A stretch of DNA of 35,732 nt from Candidatus Limiplasma sp. (lineage in GTDB: Bacteria; Bacillota; Clostridia; Christensenellales; Aristaeellaceae): positions 1-35,732 of the forward strand of contig JAZKYW010000147.1 in NCBI GenBank assembly GCA_045612325.1. Direction: 5' to 3'. A program made the position numbers and the translations under genes. The notes under the pieces are model-generated. The model was not told the DNA's origin. It saw nothing but the letters and a program-made list of their open reading frames with translations, and did no database searches. Shown piece by piece: positions 25,100-32,156 of this stretch (position 1 is the first letter of the stretch; the number at the start of each line of letters is the position of its first letter).

Positions 25100-26264
25100 C
25101 CTTTGGATCGAAACAGGCTGGCTCAGCCTGAACCATGTGGGGGAGACGCTTTGCGGCGACAAGGTCGAGGTTTTCGGCGGCGGCGATGAAGACCTGACGC
25201 TGGTTTTGGCGGACGGCCTTGGCAGCGGCGTAAAAGCAAACATCCTGTCCACTCTTACCTCCAAGATCCTGTGTACCATGATCTCCGGCGGTATTCCGCT
25301 GGAGGACTGCGTAGCCACCATTGCAAGCACCCTGCCTGTTTGCAGCGTGCGTCAGGTGGCGTATTCCACCTTTACCATCCTGCAGATCAAAAACAACGAA
25401 ACTGCTCACATCATCCAGTTCGACAATCCTGCCACGATTGTTCTGCGCAAGGGCGAGGTGTTCGATTATCCCCGCACCACGCGCAGCATCGCCGGCAAGA
25501 CCATCTGGGAAAGCTCCTTCCCCATTGAAGAGGATGACGTGTTCATCGCCATGAGCGACGGCGCGGAGTGGGCAGGCGTTGGCATGACCATGAACTTTGG
25601 CTGGACGCGTGATTCCATCGCCGAGTTTGCCATGGCCAACCACATGCCCGATGACAGCGCCAAAGCGACTGCCGGTCTCATCATTGACGAGTGCAACCGC
25701 CTCTACGGCGGCCGCCCGGGTGATGATACCACCATTGCCGTTGCGCATGTACGTCCCCGCCACAGCGTCAACCTCATGGTCGGCCCGCCCGAAAACAAGG
25801 AAGACGACGAGCGCGTGATGGAACTGTTCTTCGGCAAGGCAGGCAGCAGGATCGTTTGCGGCGGTACCACCAGCAATGTGGTCTCCCGCTATCTGGACCA
25901 GCCCATCGTTGCCTCTCTGGATTACTGGGACCCCGAAGTGCCGCCCATCTGCACCATCAAGGGTGTAGACCTGACCACCGAAGGCGTGATCACGCTTTCC
26001 AAGGTGCTTACCTATGCCGAGGACTTCCTCGACCAGGCAAAGCTGGCCCCTGTGTGGACCACCAAAAAAGACGGCGCAAGCCTCATCGCCCGCGAACTGT
26101 TTGAAAACGCGACGGATATTCATTTCTTCGTGGGCCGCGCCATCAACCCGGCGCACCAGAACCCCAATCTGCCCATCAACTTTGCCATCAAGCAGCAGCT
26201 GATCACCAATCTTGCAAAATGTCTTGAAAAAATGGGCAAGCACATCCGTCTTTCCTACTTCTGA
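25092..26264 (+). CDS. PP2C/SpoIIE-family serine phosphatase (HfsC-like) with an extra C-terminal domain
   Basis: CGDKVEVF, LADGLGSGVKA, AMSDGAEW and GDDTTIAV are SpoIIE/PP2C metal-binding motifs. The ATG at 25092 overlaps the hydS stop (ATGAGTGA). An alternative ATG lies at 25080. Confidence 0.85.
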   Translation: MSDLWIETGWLSLNHVGETLCGDKVEVFGGGDEDLTLVLADGLGSGVKANILSTLTSKILCTMISGGIPLEDCVATIASTLPVCSVRQVAYSTFTILQIKNNETAHIIQFDNPATIVLRKGEVFDYPRTTRSIAGKTIWESSFPIEEDDVFIAMSDGAEWAGVGMTMNFGWTRDSIAEFAMANHMPDDSAKATAGLIIDECNRLYGGRPGDDTTIAVAHVRPRHSVNLMVGPPENKEDDERVMELFFGKAGSRIVCGGTTSNVVSRYLDQPIVASLDYWDPEVPPICTIKGVDLTTEGVITLSKVLTYAEDFLDQAKLAPVWTTKKDGASLIARELFENATDIHFFVGRAINPAHQNPNLPINFAIKQQLITNLAKCLEKMGKHIRLSYF

Positions 26265-26289
26265 TGCCGTTGAGGAGGCCTTTTACATC

Positions 26290-27717
26290 ATGAAACTCTT
26301 CGATACCTACGTACAGAAACTGAAATACAAGGTGCTCCGCGAGGTCGCACGTCACGATTATGAAGGACGTTTGCAGGACAGCTATCTAGACATCCCCAAG
26401 CAGATCTCTCCCGGCCCCAAGAGCGCCCTGCGCTGCTGCATCTACAAGGAGCGCGCCATTACTGCCGAGCGCGTCAAGATGGCGATGGGCGGTCACAAGG
26501 AAAATCCCAATGTGATCGAAGTCATTGATATCGCCTGCGATGAATGCCCTGTCAGCGGCTACCGCGTAGGCCCCGACTGCCGCGGCTGTATCGCTCACCG
26601 CTGCGCCAGCGTCTGCCCCCGCGGCGCCATCAGCTTTGACGAGAATCACCATGCGCACATCGACCCCGACAAGTGCATCAACTGCGGCAAGTGCGCCGGC
26701 GTCTGCCCCTACAGCGCTATCCAGAACCACACCCGCCCCTGCGAGCGCGCCTGTAAGGTCAAGGCCATTTCTCAGGGTGAGAACCATGTAGCCAAGATCG
26801 ATGACAGCAAGTGCATCTCCTGCGGCGCCTGTGTGTATCAGTGTCCCTTCGGCGCCATTCAGGACAAGAGCTTCCTGCTGGATGCCATCCGTCTGATCCG
26901 CGAAAGCGAAAACAACAAGAAGTACCGCGTGTATGCCGTGGTCGCACCTTCCATCTCCAGCCAGTTTGTGCATGTGAAGGTTGGTCAGGTCATCACCGCG
27001 CTGAAGCATCTGGGCTTCTTCACCGTGATCGAGGCTGCTCTGGGCGCTGACATGGTCGCCTACAAGGAAGCCCGTGAGCTTGCCGAAAAGGGCTTCCTCA
27101 CCTCCAGCTGCTGCCCCGGCTTCGTCGCCTATATCGAAAAGACCTTCCCCGCGCTCAAGCAGCATATCAGCCACAACTATTCTCCCATGGCTGAGCTGGG
27201 CCGCTACATCAAGGAGACCGACCCCACCGCCAAGGTCATCTTCATTGGACCCTGCACCGCCAAGAAGGCGGAGGCTCAGCGTGAGAATGTGAAGGAGCAT
27301 GTGGATTGCGTGCTGACCTTTGAAGAACTGCAGGCCTGGATCGACAGCCGTGACCTTGACCTCGCTTCCCTCGAGGTGGGCGTGCTGGATAACGCCAGCT
27401 ACTTCGGCCGCATCTTTGCCCGCTCCGGCGGTCTGAGCGACAGCGTTGTGCAGGCCCTGAAGGAGCAGAACATCGATTTCATCGTCAACCCCGTGGTGTG
27501 CGATGGCATCGAGGAATGCCGCCTTGCCCTGCTCAAGAAGCAGAAGAACCTGCTCAAGGAAAACTTCATCGAAGGCATGGCCTGCAGCGGCGGCTGTATC
27601 GGCGGCGCAGGCTGCCTGACCCACGGCCCCAAGGACAAGGGCGAAGTGGACAAGTACGGCCACGAAGCCTACGAAAAGACCATCGGCGATGCCCTGGCCC
27701 TGTGGAATCAAAAGTAA
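26290..27717 (+). CDS. [FeFe]-hydrogenase, group B type (HfsD-like), catalytic
   Basis: 475 aa. The N-terminal MKLFDTYVQKLKYKVLREVARHDYEG region is followed by several CxxCxxCxxxCP clusters. H-cluster motifs are TSSCCPGF, GPCTAKKAEA and EGMACSGGCIGGAGC. Start set at M27 of the track ORF, with GAGGAGG 11 nt upstream. Confidence 0.85.
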   Translation: MKLFDTYVQKLKYKVLREVARHDYEGRLQDSYLDIPKQISPGPKSALRCCIYKERAITAERVKMAMGGHKENPNVIEVIDIACDECPVSGYRVGPDCRGCIAHRCASVCPRGAISFDENHHAHIDPDKCINCGKCAGVCPYSAIQNHTRPCERACKVKAISQGENHVAKIDDSKCISCGACVYQCPFGAIQDKSFLLDAIRLIRESENNKKYRVYAVVAPSISSQFVHVKVGQVITALKHLGFFTVIEAALGADMVAYKEARELAEKGFLTSSCCPGFVAYIEKTFPALKQHISHNYSPMAELGRYIKETDPTAKVIFIGPCTAKKAEAQRENVKEHVDCVLTFEELQAWIDSRDLDLASLEVGVLDNASYFGRIFARSGGLSDSVVQALKEQNIDFIVNPVVCDGIEECRLALLKKQKNLLKENFIEGMACSGGCIGGAGCLTHGPKDKGEVDKYGHEAYEKTIGDALALWNQK

Positions 27718-27730
27718 AAGTTAATAAAAA

Positions 27731-27765
27731 ACATCCCCGCCAAAAGAGTGGCGGGGATGTTTTTA
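27731..27765. terminator. bidirectional intrinsic terminator (end of hydrogenase operon / end of XRE gene)
   Basis: 11-bp stem acatccccgcc / ggcggggatgt, with A-run 27726-27730 and TTTTT 27761-27765. Confidence 0.8.
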
Positions 27766-27782
27766 TGTGCCGAAAACAAGGG

Positions 27783-27998
27783 TTATTTATTCATGGATTT
27801 TTGGGAAGTGCGCCCTGTCAAAAAATCCAAGGAAACGTGATAGAAATCAGCAAGCTTCAAAAGATGCTCAAGAGGGATGGTTTGAAAACCTCGTTCGTAA
27901 CGGCTGTATACAGTTTGTTGGATGCCTAAAAGTTCGGCAACTTGAGCCTGCGTTAAATCGGAGTCTTCGCGCATATCTCGTATCCGCTGGAAATACAT
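27783..27998 (-). CDS. XRE-family (Cro/CI-type) HTH transcriptional regulator
   Basis: 71 aa, MYFQRIRDMREDSDLTQAQVAELLGIQQTVYSRYERGFQTIPLEHLLKLADFYHVSLDFLTGRT. AAGGAG lies 10 nt upstream of the ATG at 27998. The GTGs at 28004 and 28007 are too close to the RBS. Confidence 0.85.
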   Translation of the reverse strand: MYFQRIRDMREDSDLTQAQVAELLGIQQTVYSRYERGFQTIPLEHLLKLADFYHVSLDFLTGRTSQKSMNK

Positions 27999-28020
27999 GC
28001 GCACCACACTCCTTCTTATT

Positions 28021-28034
28021 ACTTAAAAGTACTA
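28021..28034. repeat. operator-like box 1 (ACTTAAAAGTACTA)
   Basis: Perfect 14-nt direct repeat of 28077-28090. It contains the palindrome ACTT-AA-AAGT and the AGTACT palindrome, and abuts the -35 box. Confidence 0.6.
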
Positions 28035-28064
28035 TTGACAGTATTGCACGAAATACAGTAAACT
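28035..28064 (+). promoter_or_regulatory. SigA promoter of the zinc-ribbon protein gene
   Basis: TTGACA (28035-28040), 18 nt, then TAAACT (28059-28064). Confidence 0.5.
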
Positions 28065-28076
28065 TGTTTTAAAAGA

Positions 28077-28090
28077 ACTTAAAAGTACTA
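28077..28090. repeat. operator-like box 2 (ACTTAAAAGTACTA)
   Basis: Identical to box 1, 56 bp downstream. It lies between the -10 box and the AGGAGG RBS (28091-28096). Confidence 0.6.
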
Positions 28091-28103
28091 AGGAGGAAGC
28101 TAT

Positions 28104-29114
28104 ATGCAAGCAATGGTTTGTGAACTTTGCAACAGCAACGATATTGTTAAGTCTGACGGTGTTTATGTTTGTCAGCATTGTGGTACAAAATATACTGTTG
28201 AAGAGGCAAAAAAGCTGATAGGAACGGTGAAAATCGATAAATCGGAAGAAACTGAAAAATATTTAACTCTTGCAAGAAGAGCAAGAGACGAAGAGAATAT
28301 TGAAAATGCGATAAAATATTATGATATGGTATTGCGAGACAATCCCGATAACTGGGAAGCATCGTTTTATCAAGTATATTTCCAGGCGATGAACTGTAAA
28401 ATTGCAGGGATTTCAAATGCAGCTACCTCTGTGACGAATACGATAAAACCAACCTTCAAATTGATTAAAGAACATGTGGCAAATGACGAACAACAAAAAG
28501 CTGTAATTGAAGTGATGATGAGGGCGATATCTCTTGCTACGATGCTTGCTAATGCTGCAAATAATCATTATTCAAAACATTCTACTGTCAATACAGCACG
28601 TGAAGAATTAAATAATCGTCTGTTTTGTGCTGGAAGCATTTACTTGGAAATCGAAAATGGACTGAAGGAATTCTTTCCGGATGAAGAAAGAATTTTAACT
28701 TTGCATCAACAAACATGCAATAGTTATTTTAGTAGTACTAATGGGAGCTGCTTAAATTCAGATTTTCGGACTAAATTAATCAATAGATTGGTTAATGAAA
28801 TACATCAAAAAGATCCGACTTATACGGCACCAACGGTCCAAAGTGGAGGTTGCTACGTTGCCACTTGTGTATACGGCTCCTACGATTGCCCACAAGTGTG
28901 GGTACTGCGCCGCTTCCGAGATTATACGCTTGGTTCTACGTGGTATGGTCGTATGTTTGTTTCGGGTTACTATGCGGTAAGTCCGACAATTGTTCGACTT
29001 TTTGGTGAGCAGGAAAGATTCAAAACGTTTTGGAAACACCGACTTGACAAATTAGTGAATAGGTTGCAGGAGAAAGGTGTATCGGACAAACCTTACCTGG
29101 ACAGAGAGTGGTAA
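28104..29114 (+). CDS. hypothetical protein: N-terminal zinc ribbon + helical/TPR-like middle + Cys-rich C-terminal domain (CFI-box-like)
   Basis: 336 aa, 30-43% GC. C6-x2-C9...C23-x2-C26 ribbon. TPR-like segment YLTLARRARDEENIENAIKYYDMVLRDNPDNWEA. C-terminal GGCYVATCVYGSYDCPQVWVLRRFRDYTLGSTWYGRMFVSGYYAVSPTIVRLFG. AGGAGG lies 7 nt upstream. Confidence 0.8.
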   Translation: MQAMVCELCNSNDIVKSDGVYVCQHCGTKYTVEEAKKLIGTVKIDKSEETEKYLTLARRARDEENIENAIKYYDMVLRDNPDNWEASFYQVYFQAMNCKIAGISNAATSVTNTIKPTFKLIKEHVANDEQQKAVIEVMMRAISLATMLANAANNHYSKHSTVNTAREELNNRLFCAGSIYLEIENGLKEFFPDEERILTLHQQTCNSYFSSTNGSCLNSDFRTKLINRLVNEIHQKDPTYTAPTVQSGGCYVATCVYGSYDCPQVWVLRRFRDYTLGSTWYGRMFVSGYYAVSPTIVRLFGEQERFKTFWKHRLDKLVNRLQEKGVSDKPYLDREW

Positions 29115-29141
29115 ATCTTCGAAAAATCTTCTGTTTGACTA

Positions 29142-29170
29142 TTGCCATTTTGCAGCGAAACGGGTAAAAT
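29142..29170 (+). promoter_or_regulatory. SigA promoter of the proS T-box leader
   Basis: TTGCCA (29142-29147), 17 nt, then TAAAAT (29165-29170). Confidence 0.55.
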
Positions 29171-29176
29171 AAACTA

Positions 29177-29412
29177 GTACGCAGAAGGAGAATCCTCCCG
29201 CAAGCCATCCTCCAGAAAGCATGTTCACGGCTGCAAGACATGCGCTTGGCAAAAGGAGCGTCCCAACTCCCGAGTACGCAGGGGAAAGCTGAAACCCTGC
29301 CGGCCGCTCCCGTTACCGAGCACGCAAGGACGCCGTTTTCGGCGTTGAAGCAAGGTGGTACCGCGAAGAAGTTCAAGCTTCGCCCCTGCATTGAAGGGGC
29401 GAAGCTTTTTTT
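29177..29412 (+). promoter_or_regulatory. T-box riboswitch leader (proline-specific, proS)
   Basis: Conserved T-box sequence AAGGTGGTACCGCG at 29352-29365. A 13-bp terminator aagcttcgcccct / aggggcgaagctt (29375-29407) plus T7. Hand-folded Stem I has GGAG (29187-29190) pairing with CTCC (29267-29270) and places CCC-A (29262-29265) in the specifier loop. It lies directly upstream of proS. Confidence 0.8.
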
Positions 29413-29443
29413 CATCTTCTACACTGCAAAAGGAGAGAAAACC

Positions 29444-31171
29444 ATGAAGCTCAAGAATCTCGTATCCAAGCGTTATAAGGAAACGCCCGCCGACTGCCAA
29501 ATCGCCAGCCAGGCGCTCATGATGCGCGGCGGCTACATCAAGCCCGTCGGCAACGGCATCTTCACCCTGTTCCCCGCTACCAAGCGCATCACCAGCAAGA
29601 TCGAAAAGATCATCCGCGAAGAGATGAACCGCATTGACGGTCAGGAGCTGCTGTTCCCCGTTGTTATGCCCGCCACCATGTGGCAGGAGAGCGGCCGTTT
29701 TGAAGCCATCGGCTCCGAACTGCTGCGCTTCAAGGATCGTTCCGGCGCTGATATGGTGCTGGGCATGACCCACGAAGAAGCCTCCGTACACTTTGTACGC
29801 GACGTTGCTGACAGCTACACCCAGTATCCCTTCATGGTTTACCAGATCCAGACCAAGTTCCGCGATGAACCCCGCTGCCGCGGCGGTCTGATCCGTGTAC
29901 GCGAGTTCACCATGAAGGATGCTTACTCCTTCCACACCTCCCAGGAGGATCTGGAGCGTTACTACCAGATCTGCTATGACGCTTACAACCGCATCTTTGC
30001 CCGCGCCGGCGTGCCCGAGGTCGTGGCTGTTGCCAGCGACAGCGGCATGATGGGCGGCAAGGTCTCTCACGAGTACATGCTGCTGACCGCCGTTGGTGAG
30101 GATACCATCGTGCTGTGTCACGACTGCGACTACCGCGCCAACATGGAAGCCGCTCCCTGCATCGTGAACAACGAGGCAGGCGAGGTTGCCGAGCTGACCA
30201 AGGTAGCTACCCCCAATGTCAAGACCATCGAGGATCTGTGCGCCTTCCTGAACGTACGCGCCGATGCTACCTGCAAGGCCGTTGTCTATCAGGAGAACCT
30301 GACCGATAAGTATGTTGTCGCCTTCCTGCGCGGCGATCTGGACCTGAACGAGACCAAGCTGCGCAACCACATCAAGGCTGAGATCCATGCTGCCGAACTC
30401 ACCGAGGAAAGCCCCCTGTGCGCCGGCTTTATCGGCCCCGTAGGCATCAGCAAGGACGTGCGCGTAGTATTTGACGCTTCCCTCAAGGGCATCAACGCTC
30501 TGGTTTGCGGCGCCAACGAGACCGACGCTCACATGACCGGCCTCAACATCGCCCGCGATATCGGCGAGGTTGAGTATGTTGACGTTGCCAAGGCCTATGA
30601 CGGAGGCATCTGCCCCGTTTGCGGCAAGCCCAGCGTGTACACCTCCCGCGGCATCGAGGTGGGCAACATCTTCCAGCTGGGCACCAAGTACACCGAGAGC
30701 ATGGGCATGACCTATGTTGGTCAGGACGGCAGCCTCAAGAACCCCATCATGGGCTGCTACGGCATCGGCGTAGGCCGTCTGGCCGCTTCCGTCTGCGAAG
30801 CTCACCGCGATGATTACGGCCCCATCTGGCCCATCTCCATCGCTCCCTGGCATGTACACCTGTGCAGCATGCGCCCCGATAACGAGGAAGTGGCTGCCAT
30901 GTCCCAGAAGATCTATGACGAACTGTCTGCCAAGGGCATCGAAGTCATCTGGGATGACCGTCCCGTCAGCGCCGGCGTTATGTTTGCCGATGCCGACCTC
31001 ATCGGCGTGCCCGTGCGCATGATCGTTAGCCCCAAGGGCCTCAAGGGCGGCACCATCGAAGTGTCCACCCGCGACAAGAGCCTGCAGGAGCGCAAGCCTA
31101 TCGAAGAAGCCGTCGATTTCGTTTACAACTACGTTGTGGATGAACTGGCCAAGCTGGAGTGCCGCCTGTAA
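29444..31171 (+). CDS. proS: prolyl-tRNA synthetase (bacterial type with INS editing domain)
   Basis: 575 aa. MKLKNLVSKRYKETPADCQIASQALMMRGGYIKPVGNGIFTLFP. Class II motifs FRDEPRCRGGLIRVREFTMKDAYSF and GCYGIGVGRL. Start set at M69 of the track ORF, with AAGGAG upstream of the ATG at 29444. Confidence 0.95.
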   Translation: MKLKNLVSKRYKETPADCQIASQALMMRGGYIKPVGNGIFTLFPATKRITSKIEKIIREEMNRIDGQELLFPVVMPATMWQESGRFEAIGSELLRFKDRSGADMVLGMTHEEASVHFVRDVADSYTQYPFMVYQIQTKFRDEPRCRGGLIRVREFTMKDAYSFHTSQEDLERYYQICYDAYNRIFARAGVPEVVAVASDSGMMGGKVSHEYMLLTAVGEDTIVLCHDCDYRANMEAAPCIVNNEAGEVAELTKVATPNVKTIEDLCAFLNVRADATCKAVVYQENLTDKYVVAFLRGDLDLNETKLRNHIKAEIHAAELTEESPLCAGFIGPVGISKDVRVVFDASLKGINALVCGANETDAHMTGLNIARDIGEVEYVDVAKAYDGGICPVCGKPSVYTSRGIEVGNIFQLGTKYTESMGMTYVGQDGSLKNPIMGCYGIGVGRLAASVCEAHRDDYGPIWPISIAPWHVHLCSMRPDNEEVAAMSQKIYDELSAKGIEVIWDDRPVSAGVMFADADLIGVPVRMIVSPKGLKGGTIEVSTRDKSLQERKPIEEAVDFVYNYVVDELAKLECRL

Positions 31172-31183
31172 AAAGCAAATAAA

Positions 31184-31224
31184 AATCCCCTGCGCTTGAG
31201 AAATCATGCGTAGGGGATTTTTTT
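31184..31224. terminator. bidirectional intrinsic terminator (proS / APH-like gene)
   Basis: 11-bp stem aatcccctgcg / cgtaggggatt (one G-U pair) followed by TTTTTT. The outer arms gcaaataaaa / ttttatttgc extend the inverted repeat and give a U-rich tail on the minus strand. Confidence 0.75.
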
Positions 31225-31229
31225 GCGTT

Positions 31230-32075
31230 TTATTTGCAATGGGTACGAAACACATTCATGATATGGGATTGATAAGACGGGTCGTCTGCGCCGATTTGAT
31301 AAAAATGCGCATAGATCAATACCATGTAGTATTGAACATACTTCCAATTGCAAGCGTTTGCTGAGTGATATCCCTTTAAAAACAAAGCGATTTCTTCGTC
31401 TGTTTTTAGAAATGTTTGTCCGGGTCTGACGATCAGAGCCCACGCGATATCGAACTCCCTATTGCCTATACCTGATAATTCAAAATCCAGTATGGCGGAT
31501 ATGCGTTCTTTCTGCCAGAGAATATTTGCATAATGAAAATCGCCATGGCAAAAGCATTTGCTGATTGATTGTGGGCGATTTTCTGTCAAAAAATCATGGA
31601 CGAAACACAGATGGTATTTCTTAAAGTATTGTCGGTTAGGAATGTGAAAGAATTTTCGGTCTTTTACATCGGTAAAATCTCCATGAATGCTGTGTAGTTG
31701 GGCAAGGGTTTTGCCGTATTCATGAAGATAATGGAGGGAGGATGCGTTGGAGTCAGAGGCAAGGATGATTGACAGCCGTTCACCGTGTTTGGCAGCTGTC
31801 ACTAAAAAGCTGTGTTCCTGTTCGTCAAATTCAAGGATATCGGGCGCAAGGGGATGATGCAGTTGTGTGATCGCGGAAAATTCATTAGCCAAGTCGGCAC
31901 CCGATTGACGAGCAACCTTGATATATGCTTCTGTTTCTGCACCTTTGAAAAGCCCTTTTACGTGAAATACATCGTTACCCGCATGGGGATAACCAAGAAT
32001 ATCCGTAAGCTTGAAAAATCGCAAAGGAAGCTTCCAAGGGTCGATTGTATCTCTCCATTTTTGAGGATGTTTCAT
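31230..32075 (-). CDS. aminoglycoside-phosphotransferase (APH)-family kinase, low-GC
   Basis: 281 aa. Beta-3 Lys in AYIKVAR, catalytic loop CFCHGDFHYANILW and LDFELSG (DFG equivalent). AGGAGG lies 5 nt upstream of the ATG at 32075. Hand-counted lines give 38-42% GC. Confidence 0.75.
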   Translation of the reverse strand: MKHPQKWRDTIDPWKLPLRFFKLTDILGYPHAGNDVFHVKGLFKGAETEAYIKVARQSGADLANEFSAITQLHHPLAPDILEFDEQEHSFLVTAAKHGERLSIILASDSNASSLHYLHEYGKTLAQLHSIHGDFTDVKDRKFFHIPNRQYFKKYHLCFVHDFLTENRPQSISKCFCHGDFHYANILWQKERISAILDFELSGIGNREFDIAWALIVRPGQTFLKTDEEIALFLKGYHSANACNWKYVQYYMVLIYAHFYQIGADDPSYQSHIMNVFRTHCK

Positions 32076-32106
32076 TTTTCCTCCTAAAAGGTAAAAAGGA
32101 AGCAAA

Positions 32107-32132
32107 CTCACAACGGGTATACGAGTTGTGAG
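32107..32132 (-). terminator. terminator hairpin of the AEC permease operon
   Basis: 8-bp stem ctcacaac / gttgtgag. The minus-strand RNA continues UUUGCUUCCUUUUU. Confidence 0.5.
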
Positions 32133-32156
32133 ATTGCCAAATGTTACAGTACAGTT

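Noticed and set aside
23405-27711. Three long minus-strand ORFs (23405-25330, 25065-26243, 26386-27711)
   Set aside because: They are antisense to hydS, the PP2C gene and the group-B hydrogenase. They are low-complexity and Gly/Ala/His/Asp-rich. The plus-strand proteins carry unambiguous Fe-S, H-cluster and PP2C motifs.
27761-29180. Search for att-like direct repeats, an integrase or a transposase delimiting the low-GC island
   Set aside because: Only a 6-mer (cgaaaa) is shared by the two borders, and no recombinase ORF exists in the window. I therefore do not call a mobile element, only a compositional island.
29225-31255. 676-aa minus-strand ORF
   Set aside because: It is antisense to proS and runs through the T-box terminator. 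proS is unambiguous on the plus strand.
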